In this document: positions 9,911-19,893 of the stretch, one piece after another
Layout of the letters: each line of letters starts with the position of its first letter
Position numbering within the stretch: the first letter of the stretch is position 1
From: Candidatus Endomicrobiellum mastotermitis
Lineage (GTDB): Bacteria; Elusimicrobiota; Endomicrobiia; Endomicrobiales; Endomicrobiaceae
Assembly: GCA_031272445.1 (NCBI GenBank)
Contig: JAISTT010000013.1
Location: 25,875 to 89,874, forward strand
Length of the DNA: 64,000 nt
Direction: 5' to 3'
The notes under the pieces: model-generated
What the model saw: only the letters and a program-made list of their open reading frames with translations
The model's database searches: none
What the model was told of the DNA's origin: nothing
Position numbers and translations under genes: made by a program

Positions 9911-10530
9911 TGAAATGTCTTGGTGTTTTAGTGTCTGGTAATGGATCAAATTTACAGTCTATAATGGATTCTACTAGTTATGGAATTTTAAAAGGACTGG
10001 CGAAAGTCGTTTTAGTTATTTCAAATAACCCTAATGCCTACGCACTTAAAAGAGCAGAACAAGAGAATGTAAAGTTTATCTGTGTGGAAAGGGAGAGTTT
10101 TAAAAATGATGAATCTTTTAATGATGCTATACTTGTGGAGCTACAGAATATGAAAGTAGATATTGTCTGTCTTGCTGGTTATTTAAAACTTATAGGTAAA
10201 AAAATAATAAAAAATTATTATAATAAAGTTTTGAATATACATCCGGCTCTTTTACCTAAATTTGGAGGTAAGGGAATGTATGGCTATCATGTTCATGAAG
10301 CTGTTGTAAAATCAGGAGAGACAGTGTCTGGAGCAACAGTACATCTTGTAGATGAGAATTATGATACAGGAAAGATAATAATACAGAAAGAGGTCAAAGT
10401 TTTTGATAACGATACGCCACAAGATGTAGCGGAAAAAGTTTTGACTGTAGAGCACAAAGTATATCCTGAAGCGATAAAAATTTTAATAGAAAGTTTGAGT
10501 CTCGGAGACGGAGAATTTAAAAAGAGGTAA
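9910..10530 (+). CDS. purN: Phosphoribosylglycinamide formyltransferase
   Basis: VLVSGNGSNLQ, LNIHPALLP, SGATVHLVD. Confidence 0.96.
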   Translation: MKCLGVLVSGNGSNLQSIMDSTSYGILKGLAKVVLVISNNPNAYALKRAEQENVKFICVERESFKNDESFNDAILVELQNMKVDIVCLAGYLKLIGKKIIKNYYNKVLNIHPALLPKFGGKGMYGYHVHEAVVKSGETVSGATVHLVDENYDTGKIIIQKEVKVFDNDTPQDVAEKVLTVEHKVYPEAIKILIESLSLGDGEFKKR

Positions 10531-10537
10531 AAAGGTT

Positions 10538-11830
10538 ATGATATCGCGTTATAGTAAACCTGAAATGGCTGAAATTTGGTCGGATGAGAATAGATTCAGA
10601 AAAATGCTTGAAGTTGAGGTTTTTGCTGTTGAAGCTATGTCAGAGCTTGGCATAGTTCCTAAAGAGAGTGTAGAGACAATAAAGCGGAAAGCGAAAATTA
10701 ACGTTAAAAGAATTAATGAAATTGAACTTACTGTCAAACACGATGTAATATCTTTTTTGACTGCTGTTTCTGAAACTGTAGGTCCTGATGGCAGATTTTT
10801 GCATCTTGGTATGACGTCTTCTGATGTTTTAGATACTGCTACTGGAGCACAGCTTAAACAAGCGACAAATTTGCTTATTGATGAAACGAAGAAATTAGCC
10901 ATTATAATACGTGAGTTGGCTGATAAGTATAAAATGACTCCTATAATGGGAAGAACGCATGGTGTTCATGCAGAACCTATGACGTTTGGATTGAAAGTGG
11001 CTTCTTGGTATTGTGAAATTTTGAGATCTTTGGATAGGCTTAATTTTGCTCGAGAAACAGTAAGTTATGGTAAGATTTCTGGTGCTGTAGGTACTATGGC
11101 GCATTTAGATCCGAAGGTTGAAGAATATGTGTGTCAAAAAATGGGTTTAAAAGTGGAACCAGTATCAACACAAATTATTCCACGCGATAGACATTCTATT
11201 TATTTTTCTATGCTTGCTCATGTAGGTGCTGCTCTTGAGAGAATTGCAATGGAGATAAGACATCTGCAGAGAAGTGAAGTATCAGAAGCTGAAGAGCCTT
11301 TTACGAAGGGACAAAAGGGTTCATCCGCAATGCCTCATAAGAGGAATCCAATAATTTCTGAGAATATATGCGGGTTGTCAAGAGTTCTTAGAGGATATGC
11401 CTTAACTGCAATAGAGAATATTGCGTTGTGGCATGAACGAGATATAAGTCATTCCTCTACGGAAAGGATTATGCTTCCAGACGCTTCAATAATTTTACAC
11501 TATATGCTTGTTAGAATGCAGACTTTATTATCAGGACTTAACGTTTATCCTGAAAATATGCGAATAAATTTAGATAAAACAAAAGATATTATCTTTTCAG
11601 GTACACTGTTACTTTCTCTTGTGGATAAGGGGATTTTAAGAGAAAATGCTTATGCCATAGTTCAGGCTGTAGCTTTTGATGCTAGAGATAATAAAATTAG
11701 TATAGAGGAAGCGTGTCTAAGAAATCATGATATAAAAAAATATTTAAGTGTAAATGAAATAAGAAGAGATTGTGATGTTAATTCGCAATTTAAAAATATT
11801 GATCATATTTTTAAACGGATATTTAAATAA
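10538..11830 (+). CDS. purB: Adenylosuccinate lyase
   Basis: MISRYS, GRTHGVHAEP, GSSAMPHKRNP. Confidence 0.97.
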   Translation: MISRYSKPEMAEIWSDENRFRKMLEVEVFAVEAMSELGIVPKESVETIKRKAKINVKRINEIELTVKHDVISFLTAVSETVGPDGRFLHLGMTSSDVLDTATGAQLKQATNLLIDETKKLAIIIRELADKYKMTPIMGRTHGVHAEPMTFGLKVASWYCEILRSLDRLNFARETVSYGKISGAVGTMAHLDPKVEEYVCQKMGLKVEPVSTQIIPRDRHSIYFSMLAHVGAALERIAMEIRHLQRSEVSEAEEPFTKGQKGSSAMPHKRNPIISENICGLSRVLRGYALTAIENIALWHERDISHSSTERIMLPDASIILHYMLVRMQTLLSGLNVYPENMRINLDKTKDIIFSGTLLLSLVDKGILRENAYAIVQAVAFDARDNKISIEEACLRNHDIKKYLSVNEIRRDCDVNSQFKNIDHIFKRIFK

Positions 11831-11874
11831 ATGATTTTAAAATATATTGTAGTGGATTTTTTGTACAATAAAAT

Positions 11875-11947
11875 AGGCAGTTAGCTCAGGTGGAAGAGCA
11901 TTTCTCTTACAAAGAAAAGGTCGCAGGTTCAAATCCTGCACTGCCTA
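11875..11947 (+). tRNA. tRNA-Val(UAC), CCA not encoded
   Basis: Full cloverleaf: acceptor AGGCAGT/ACTGCCT, D-arm GCTC/GAGC, anticodon stem TTTCT/AGAAA with TAC at 11908-11910, T-arm GCAGG-TTCAAAT-CCTGC, discriminator A. Confidence 0.95.
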
Positions 11948-12009
11948 TTGTAAAATAGTGCAAGTGATACTGTTTTTAATTAAGGTTATAGTTATCTTGT
12001 GTTTATATT

Positions 12010-12519
12010 ATGGCAATACTTGAAATAAAAAAATATGGTAATGTTGTTTTAAGAAAAAAAGCAGAAGTCATTTTGCAAATTGATGCTAATATAAAAAGAC
12101 TTGCTTACAATATGCTTGAAACGATGTATTTAGTTCTCGGAGTTGGTTTAGCTGCTCCGCAGATAGGAATGTCAGTAAGGCTTTGTGTTGTTGATATAGA
12201 TTTAAGTAAGAGATCACCAGTTATTATGATAAATCCTACTATTATTTCTCGTGATGGAAGCAAAATACTTGGAAAGGAAGGATGTTTGTCTTTTCCGGGT
12301 TTTTATGAAAATGTAAAGCGTTATGAAGGAATTGTTGTTAGATATAGAGATTTAAATGGTGAAGAATTAGAAATTAAAGCACAGAATTTGCTAGCCAGGG
12401 TTGTACAACACGAAGTGGACCATCTAGATGCAAAACTCTTTATAGATTATCTTCCGGAGTGGAAAAGAAGATTTGTTGAAAAAAAAGTTAAAAGCAGTAG
12501 AAATGCAGGCAATTGGTGA
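12010..12519 (+). CDS. def: Peptide deformylase
   Basis: GVGLAAPQIG, EGCLS, QHEVDH. Confidence 0.96.
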   Translation: MAILEIKKYGNVVLRKKAEVILQIDANIKRLAYNMLETMYLVLGVGLAAPQIGMSVRLCVVDIDLSKRSPVIMINPTIISRDGSKILGKEGCLSFPGFYENVKRYEGIVVRYRDLNGEELEIKAQNLLARVVQHEVDHLDAKLFIDYLPEWKRRFVEKKVKSSRNAGNW

Positions 12520-13457
12520 AGATATTGTTTTTTGGTACGTCTATTGTTTCAAGGTGTTATCTTGACGAACTGTATAAAAATAATCATGAAATTTTAGTTG
12601 TTACAAAGCCTGATAGGCCTGCATTTAGAGGTCAAAGGTTTATTGCTCCTGCAGTTAAGATTTATGCTATAAATAATAATATTGATTTTATACAAGTTGA
12701 AGAATTTACTACTGATATTATTAAGGAAATAAAAAAATTTAATGCGGATGTAGGTGTTGTCGTATCTTATGGTAAACTTATTCCAAGAAGTGTTTTTGAT
12801 CTTCCTAAGTATAAGACCTTTAATATACATTTCTCACTTCTTCCTAAGTTAAGAGGATCTTCTCCGATTCAATATGCTTTATGCAGTGGAGAAAGTGAAA
12901 CAGGCGTATCTTCTTTTTATGTTGGAGATGATATTGATAGTGGCGATATAATAATTCAAGAGAAGCTTATTATAGACATAAATGATACTGCTGAAACATT
13001 ATTAGGTAAGCTTATCCCTATAGGTATAGTTGTTATGAATAAAACTCTTGAATTTTTTGGAAATGGAAAATATGATGCAATTCCTCAAATTGGAATACCG
13101 AGTTTTGCTCCGTCTTTAAAAAAGGAAAGTGGCTTGATTGACTGGAATAAAAGCGCTAGCGTTGTATATAATAAATTTAGAGGTTTATATCTTTGGCCAG
13201 GAGTATATTCTATAGTTTCTTTCGGTAAACTTGCAGGTAAGAAAATTAAATTTGTTGAAATAGAAATATTTGACAATGATTCTTTAAGTGATGATTTTGG
13301 TATTGTGTATTCTATAGAAAAGAATAGAGGGTTTACGGTTTTATGTGCTGTTGGAAAAATTTTAGTTGTAAAGATAAAACTTGAAAATAAATCTGTTATG
13401 TGTGCTTGGAGTTTCATTCAAGGCGGACAACTTTCAGTAGGTGATCGTTTCTGTTGA
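12516..13457 (+). CDS. fmt: Methionyl-tRNA formyltransferase
   Basis: KILFFGT, TKPDRP, NIHFSLLP.LRG.SP; follows def; GTG 12516 overlaps def stop. Confidence 0.94.
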   Translation: MKILFFGTSIVSRCYLDELYKNNHEILVVTKPDRPAFRGQRFIAPAVKIYAINNNIDFIQVEEFTTDIIKEIKKFNADVGVVVSYGKLIPRSVFDLPKYKTFNIHFSLLPKLRGSSPIQYALCSGESETGVSSFYVGDDIDSGDIIIQEKLIIDINDTAETLLGKLIPIGIVVMNKTLEFFGNGKYDAIPQIGIPSFAPSLKKESGLIDWNKSASVVYNKFRGLYLWPGVYSIVSFGKLAGKKIKFVEIEIFDNDSLSDDFGIVYSIEKNRGFTVLCAVGKILVVKIKLENKSVMCAWSFIQGGQLSVGDRFC

Positions 13458-13515
13458 TTAATGACATCTATTTGCACAATTTTATAAAACTTAACAGATG
13501 GAGGAGGAGATTTTT

Positions 13516-13833
13516 ATGGTAGTGGAAGTTAATGAATGTAATTTTTCACAAGAGGTTTTATTGGAAGTTTTACCAGTACTGGTTGATTTTTGGGCTTCTT
13601 GGTGTGGCCCATGCAAAATGCTTACTCAAGTTATTGAAGAACTTTCTTTAGAATATGAAGGTATAGTAAAAGTAGTTAAGGTAAATACTGATGAAAATAT
13701 GTCTTTGTCAAAAAAATTTCAAATTATATCTATCCCATGCTTGATTTTGTTTAAAAACGGTTTCCCTTTGCAAAAAATTGTGGGACTTAAACCTAAAAGC
13801 GAGATAAAAAAAATCATTGATAGTGTTCTTTAA
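13516..13833 (+). CDS. trxA: Thioredoxin
   Basis: VDFWASWCGPC; GGAGGAG SD before ATG 13516. Confidence 0.96.
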   Translation: MVVEVNECNFSQEVLLEVLPVLVDFWASWCGPCKMLTQVIEELSLEYEGIVKVVKVNTDENMSLSKKFQIISIPCLILFKNGFPLQKIVGLKPKSEIKKIIDSVL

Positions 13834-13863
13834 TTTTTTACTAGATTGAGGATTTAATATATT

Positions 13864-14781
13864 ATGATTTATGATGTTATCGTTATTGGAGGTGGACCTA
13901 GCGGTTTATCAGCAACAATTTATTCTTCAAGAGCGAAGTTGAAAACGTTGCTTATAGAAAAGAATGCTTGCGGTGGTCAATTGCTAATGATTGATTCTAT
14001 AGATAATTATCCTGGATTTAATGAAGGAATTGGCGGTTTTGATTTTGCTGTAAAGCTTGAAAGACAAGCAAGAGACTTTAATGCTGAGTTAATCTATGAC
14101 GAAGTTGTTTCTATTGAATATAATTGCTTTTTTAAAAGGGTAATTACAAAAAACTCACTTTATGAAACTAAAACTATTATTATCGCTACTGGGACGTTTA
14201 TAAGAAAAATGAATGTGCCAGGAGAGTCAGAATTTATTGGTAAAGGTGTATCTTTCTGTGCTATATGTGATGCTCCTTTTTATAGAGATAAGAATGTGTT
14301 AGTTATAGGAGGTGGAGATTCTGCAATACAAGAAGCTGTTTACTTGTCTAGATTTGCAAAGAGGATAACTGTTATTCATAGAAGAAATAATTTAAAAGCT
14401 ATGAAAATCTTTCAGGAAAGGATAGCACTATGTCAAAATATATCAGTATTATATAACAGTGTAGTAAAAGAAATTTTAGGAAAAGACTTTGTTGAGAAAG
14501 TAGTAGTAACCAATATAAAAACTCATGAAGATAAATGTTTAAGTGCAGATGGTGTTTTTGTTTTTATAGGATTAATTCCGAACACTTTGTTTCTTCCAAG
14601 TGCTATACTTGACGAAGCGAACTATATTATTACGGATGAAAACATGAATACTTCTATTTTTGGGATTTTCGCATGTGGTGATATAAGAAAAAAACGATTG
14701 AGGCAGATTGTGACGGCTATATCTGATGGGGCTCAAGCTGCTATAAGCGCACAAAATTATGTGGAAGCACAAAAATCGTAA
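13864..14781 (+). CDS. trxB: Thioredoxin reductase
   Basis: IGGGPSG, GVSFCAICD, GGGDSA, HRR, GIFACGD. Confidence 0.95.
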   Translation: MIYDVIVIGGGPSGLSATIYSSRAKLKTLLIEKNACGGQLLMIDSIDNYPGFNEGIGGFDFAVKLERQARDFNAELIYDEVVSIEYNCFFKRVITKNSLYETKTIIIATGTFIRKMNVPGESEFIGKGVSFCAICDAPFYRDKNVLVIGGGDSAIQEAVYLSRFAKRITVIHRRNNLKAMKIFQERIALCQNISVLYNSVVKEILGKDFVEKVVVTNIKTHEDKCLSADGVFVFIGLIPNTLFLPSAILDEANYIITDENMNTSIFGIFACGDIRKKRLRQIVTAISDGAQAAISAQNYVEAQKS

Positions 14782-14904
14782 AAAATTGATCAATCATCTT
14801 TAAAATTACATGTATTGATGGACGATAAAGAAATTATTATTTTTAAATGGTTTTAACGTGTTACTTAGTAATGTTTAGTGAGATAAAATTGCAAATTGAG
14901 ATAT

Positions 14905-17727
14905 ATGAAAAAATTTTTTGTTATAGATGGTAATACTTATATTCATAGAGCCTATCATGCTTTGCCACCGCTTTCTGCTTCAAATGGTCAACAAATAAAT
15001 GCAGTTTATGGTTTTGTAAAGCTGCTGACTAAGATTAAAAACAATTTTGCTCCTGACTATATTGTAGTCTGTTTTGATTATCCATCGAAAAATTTTAGGT
15101 ATGGGATATTTAAAGATTATAAAGCCAATAGAAATCCACTTGATGAGACTCTTATAAGTCAGATGCCTATTGCAAAGGAAGCTGTGGAAGCTTTAGCTAT
15201 GGCAAAAATAGAGATGAAGGGTTACGAAGCGGATGATTTAATTGCTACAATAGTTGAGAATAATAAAAAAAATGATGTGCAGACTGTTATTGTAACTGCT
15301 GATAAAGATATTTTTCAGCTGATAGAGGAACAAAATGTTTTAGTTTGGAACGACTCTAAAAATGTTATGTATGATGTAAAAAAGGTTAAACAAACATATG
15401 GAGTTATGCCTAATCAGCTTATAGATGTGTTCGCTTTAATGGGAGATGTTGTTGATAATATTCCAGGAATAAAGGGTATAGGAAAGAAAACCGCCATTAA
15501 ACTTGTTAAAAGATTTGGAACTCTTGAAAATATTTTGCAGAATTTAGATTTTATAGAGGGGAATGTAAGGAAATTACTTAAACATGGTAAAGACAATGCG
15601 TTAATAAGTAGGAAGTTATTAGATTTGAATAGACAAGTCCCTTTAAGTTTTAAACTTGAAAATTTTGAAAGTAAAGATTTGGATTTAAATAAAGCTGTTC
15701 CTTTTTTTGAAAAATATGAATTTAAAAGCTTTCTTAAGAAATATTCATATAAATATCAATTTGAAAAGTTGAAAAAAAGAAATAATTGTAATAGCATCGC
15801 TTCAATTCGTAGGAATGCAAATGTCGAAAGTTATGAAATAAATTGTAAAAATAAAGGACTTTTTAATCCAGAAAGAGTAAAGGTACCATTTAACTTTGAT
15901 AGCGAAATCGTAAACACTAAAGAAAGAGCAATTCAAGTTGCAAAACTGATAAAGCATTCAGGTATTTTTGCAATGAAAACAATAAAGTCTTCACCTAATT
16001 TCTTAAAAACATATATTGTTGGAATATCGCTGTATACTGATGGTAAGGCTTTTTATTTTCCTATTGGACACAGTGGATTAAACTCCAATCAAATGACTAT
16101 TGAAGAATTTAAAGACGTTTTCGCTCTATTGTTTTATTCAAATAGTATAAAAAAAGTAGGAGACAATTTAAAACAGGAGAAAAATGTTTATAAGATTTTA
16201 AAGATTAAGCTAAATGGCATATATTTTGATGTAATGCTTGCTTCATACTGCTTGAATCCTGTAAAACCTCACAATATAAGTTATATTGCAAAAGAGTATT
16301 TAAATTTTAAAGCTGGTGATGATAGTTACTTAAGAAAAGGAACGAAGAAGATTAAGTTTGCAAATGCTTCGATAGAAGACGTTGCAAAATATGCAAATTC
16401 AATTTCTGCAGCATCTTTTGCTATGTATAAAATATTTGAGTTGCTTATAGAGAAGAAAAAACTTTCATCACTTTTCTTTGATGTGGAGATGCCTTTGATT
16501 GAAATTCTTTCAGAAATGGAGATTTCTGGTATAAAAATAGATTTGTCTTTTTTAAATAGATTTAATGAGGAAGTAACTTCTAAATTAGAAGAAATTGAAG
16601 ATGATATTTATAAAATGGCTGATATGGAATTCAATATTAATTCGACTAAACAACTTTCGCACATAATGTTTGATAAACTCAATCTTCCAGTAATCAAAAG
16701 GACTAAAACTGGTTATTCTACAGATGAGTTGGTATTGAGAGAACTATCATCTTATGAATTTCCAGCTAGAATATTAAAATATAGAGAACTCCAAAAATTA
16801 AAAAGTACTTATATATTCCCTATAATGAATTACTGTGTTTGTGGTAGAGATAGAATACATACTGTTTTTAATCAATCCATAACTGCTACTGGGCGATTAT
16901 CGTCAACAGAACCAAACTTACAAAATATACCTATGAGATCTACTTATGGTAGAGAGTTTAGGAAGGTGTTTGTATCAGAAGATAATAAGGTTTTTTTATC
17001 TGCTGATTATTCACAGATTGATTTGAGAGTATTGGCTCATATTTCACAAGATGAAAAACTTATGGAAGCTTTTAAGAGTGGTGTGGATGTACATAGTGCA
17101 ACAGCTAGAGAAATTTTTAATATTCCTAAAAATGAATCCGTATCCGACGATTTAAGAAGCATGGCAAAATCTATAAATTTTGGGATAATTTACGGAATGT
17201 CTCCTTTTGGACTCTCAAAGCAATTAAACATTCCTTTCTCTGAAGCGAGAGAATATATTGATGAGTATTTTAAAAGATATAGTGGCGTAAAGTTATGGAT
17301 GGATCAAGTTATTGAACGAGCCTCAAGAGAGGGATATGTTTGTACCATTAATGGAAGAGTAAGATTTGTTCCTGAATTGCGTTCAATGAATGTTCAAGTT
17401 AGAAACGCTTCTGAAAGGATAGCTTTAAATACTCCAGTTCAAGGAAGTTCTGCGGATATAATAAAGATTGCTATGATAAACATATATAATGAAATTAAGC
17501 TTAAAGACTATAAATCTTTGATGCTTTTACAGATTCATGACGATCTCCTTTTTGAGGTTCCAATTGAGGAGCTTGAAGATGTGATTCTAATTATAAAAAG
17601 TAAGATGGAAAGCTCTGTAACTTTAAGTGTTCCTCTTGTTACTAATGTTAAGGTTGGGAAAAATTTGGGGGAAATGAAAAAATATGATAATAGGACTAAC
17701 TGGAGGAATTGCTACAGGAAAGAGTGA
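14905..17727 (+). CDS. polA: DNA polymerase I
   Basis: 5' nuclease (IDGN, EADD, GDVVDNIPG), TATGRLSS.EPNLQNIP, DYSQIDLR, AKSINFGIIYG, QIHDD. Confidence 0.97.
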   Translation: MKKFFVIDGNTYIHRAYHALPPLSASNGQQINAVYGFVKLLTKIKNNFAPDYIVVCFDYPSKNFRYGIFKDYKANRNPLDETLISQMPIAKEAVEALAMAKIEMKGYEADDLIATIVENNKKNDVQTVIVTADKDIFQLIEEQNVLVWNDSKNVMYDVKKVKQTYGVMPNQLIDVFALMGDVVDNIPGIKGIGKKTAIKLVKRFGTLENILQNLDFIEGNVRKLLKHGKDNALISRKLLDLNRQVPLSFKLENFESKDLDLNKAVPFFEKYEFKSFLKKYSYKYQFEKLKKRNNCNSIASIRRNANVESYEINCKNKGLFNPERVKVPFNFDSEIVNTKERAIQVAKLIKHSGIFAMKTIKSSPNFLKTYIVGISLYTDGKAFYFPIGHSGLNSNQMTIEEFKDVFALLFYSNSIKKVGDNLKQEKNVYKILKIKLNGIYFDVMLASYCLNPVKPHNISYIAKEYLNFKAGDDSYLRKGTKKIKFANASIEDVAKYANSISAASFAMYKIFELLIEKKKLSSLFFDVEMPLIEILSEMEISGIKIDLSFLNRFNEEVTSKLEEIEDDIYKMADMEFNINSTKQLSHIMFDKLNLPVIKRTKTGYSTDELVLRELSSYEFPARILKYRELQKLKSTYIFPIMNYCVCGRDRIHTVFNQSITATGRLSSTEPNLQNIPMRSTYGREFRKVFVSEDNKVFLSADYSQIDLRVLAHISQDEKLMEAFKSGVDVHSATAREIFNIPKNESVSDDLRSMAKSINFGIIYGMSPFGLSKQLNIPFSEAREYIDEYFKRYSGVKLWMDQVIERASREGYVCTINGRVRFVPELRSMNVQVRNASERIALNTPVQGSSADIIKIAMINIYNEIKLKDYKSLMLLQIHDDLLFEVPIEELEDVILIIKSKMESSVTLSVPLVTNVKVGKNLGEMKKYDNRTNWRNCYRKE

Positions 17728-18286
17728 AACTGCTAAGTATTTTGAGTCATTTGGAGCTTATAATATAGATGCTGATAAAATATCACGGGAGATTACTGAA
17801 GTTGGTAAACCGGCCTTGGTGGAACTTGTAAATGCTTTAGGAAAAAGTATTTTATATACCGATGGAACTTTAAATAGACAAAAACTTGCCAACATGATTT
17901 TTTCGAATAAGAAAATAAAGTTTAAAGTTGAAAAGATTCTTCATTCATATATCATTTCATTTATATATGAAATGATATCTCAACATAAAATAAGTAATAG
18001 TATAATATTGGTTAATGCCCCGCTTCTTTTTGAAACCAAGTTAAATAAAATATGCCATAAGACTGTAGTTATTTGGACTCCTTATGACGTTCAAGCTAAT
18101 CGTCTTGCTAGGCGCAATAAACTAGATGTATATCACGTAAAAAGAAGAATTGATTCTCAGATGCCGGTAAAAAAGAAAATTGAACTCGCTGATTTTGTAA
18201 TAGATAATTCTGGATCTAAAATAGATTTAAAAAGAAGTGTAAAAAATTTATATAAATTATTGACATCAAATATAAGAATAGAGTAG
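17684..18286 (+). CDS. coaE: Dephospho-CoA kinase
   Basis: IIGLTGGIATGKS P-loop, DAD, PLLFE, SQMP. Confidence 0.95.
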   Translation: MIIGLTGGIATGKSETAKYFESFGAYNIDADKISREITEVGKPALVELVNALGKSILYTDGTLNRQKLANMIFSNKKIKFKVEKILHSYIISFIYEMISQHKISNSIILVNAPLLFETKLNKICHKTVVIWTPYDVQANRLARRNKLDVYHVKRRIDSQMPVKKKIELADFVIDNSGSKIDLKRSVKNLYKLLTSNIRIE

Positions 18287-18289
18287 AAT
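18260..18289 (+). promoter_or_regulatory. Putative sigma70-type promoter for rho, overlapping the coaE 3' end
   Basis: TTGACA (18260-65), 18-bp spacer, TAGAAT (18284-89). Confidence 0.55.
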
Positions 18290-18442
18290 GACTTGTTTAT
18301 TGTTTGTTTATTCTTTCAAATCAAAAATAATCTAAATTAAAGTAAATAAATCAAAATCAAATCAGTAAGACTTGAGAAGTCATTATTGGTAATTAGTTAA
18401 ATATAAATAAAAGTATGTTTGTTAGGATTTGGAGGAGTTTTA

Positions 18443-19732
18443 ATGGAGAAGGATAGGACTAAAGATGTATCTATTTTGTCTAAGCGGACCATGGCAGAAC
18501 TTATAGAAATTGCAAAAAGTCTTAAACTCGATTCTGTTGCGGGTTTGAGAAAACAGGAACTCATAGCGAAAATTTTTGAAGCGCGTACAAAAGAGAACAA
18601 ATTGGTTTATGATGAAGGTGTTTTAGAAATTTTACCGGATGGTTTCGGTTTTTTGCGTTCACCTGGTTATAATTATCTCCCTGGTCCGGATGATATATAT
18701 ATATCCCCTTCTCAAATAAAAAAATTCGCCTTGAGAAAAGGTGATACAGTGGCCGGGTATGTTAGACCTCCACAAGCGCAACAAGAACGTTATTTTGCAC
18801 TTCTGCAAGTAAAGTCGGTTAATGGTCAAGAGAATCTTGAAAATATAAGGAATCGGATTCTTTTTGATAACCTAACACCATTATACCCTAATGAAAAAAT
18901 AGTTTTTGAGACAAAAAAAGAGAGATTGTCAACAAGAATTGTGGATATGTTATCTCCTATAGGTAAAGGGCAGAGAGTATTAATTAATGCAGCTCCAAGG
19001 ACAGGTAAGACTGTTCTTTTACAAGAAATAGCTAATGCGATAACCGAAAATAATCCTGACATAATGCTTATGGTTTTACTAATAGATGAGAGGCCAGAAG
19101 AAGTTACAGATATGCAACGTTCCGTTAATGGGGAAGTTATCTCTTCAACCTTTGATGAACCTTCGGATAGACATATACAGGTTGCTGAAATGGTTATAGA
19201 GAAAGCTAAAAGAATGGTTGAAAATGGTAAGCATGTTGTTGTCCTTTTAGATTCAATTACAAGACTTGCTAGAGCTTATAACACGGCAACTCCATCAAGT
19301 GGAAGAGTTTTATCAGGGGGACTTGATTCAAATGCTTTGCAAAGGCCAAAAAGATTTTTCGGTGCAGCAAGAAATATTGAAGAGGGTGGAAGTCTTACTA
19401 TTATAGGCACTGCTCTTGTTGAAACTGGAAGTAGGATGGATGATGTCATATTTGAAGAATTCAAAGGAACTGGGAATTGTGAGATTTATCTTGATAGAAA
19501 GCTTGCTGATAGGAGGATATTCCCTGCAATAGATCTTTTGCGTTCAGGTACTAGGAAAGAAGAACTTCTTCTAAATGAGGATGAAAAAAACAAAATGTGG
19601 ATATTAAGAAAATGGATGACTTCAATGAATTCTATAGAGATTATGGAAGAATTAAGCAAAAGACTCCTTAGTTCAAGTTCTAATAAAGATTTTTTAAGAC
19701 AGATGGAGCTTTCTAGTATGGAAAGATTATAA
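18443..19732 (+). CDS. rho: Transcription termination factor Rho
   Basis: [42 protein letters not shown]; GGAGGAG SD before ATG 18443. Confidence 0.98.
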   Translation: MEKDRTKDVSILSKRTMAELIEIAKSLKLDSVAGLRKQELIAKIFEARTKENKLVYDEGVLEILPDGFGFLRSPGYNYLPGPDDIYISPSQIKKFALRKGDTVAGYVRPPQAQQERYFALLQVKSVNGQENLENIRNRILFDNLTPLYPNEKIVFETKKERLSTRIVDMLSPIGKGQRVLINAAPRTGKTVLLQEIANAITENNPDIMLMVLLIDERPEEVTDMQRSVNGEVISSTFDEPSDRHIQVAEMVIEKAKRMVENGKHVVVLLDSITRLARAYNTATPSSGRVLSGGLDSNALQRPKRFFGAARNIEEGGSLTIIGTALVETGSRMDDVIFEEFKGTGNCEIYLDRKLADRRIFPAIDLLRSGTRKEELLLNEDEKNKMWILRKWMTSMNSIEIMEELSKRLLSSSSNKDFLRQMELSSMERL

Positions 19733-19893
19733 TGTTTTGATAATAGATTGATGAAAGTGTGATGAAGTAGTATATTTTTGTATGATTTTAATAAATAAAA
19801 GTATAAAAATTGATTAAAAGTTAAAAATTTTGCATACTAGAGCTTATATGTGATGAAACTTATGATAGAAAGGTAAAGGAGAAAAGTTAAGAG

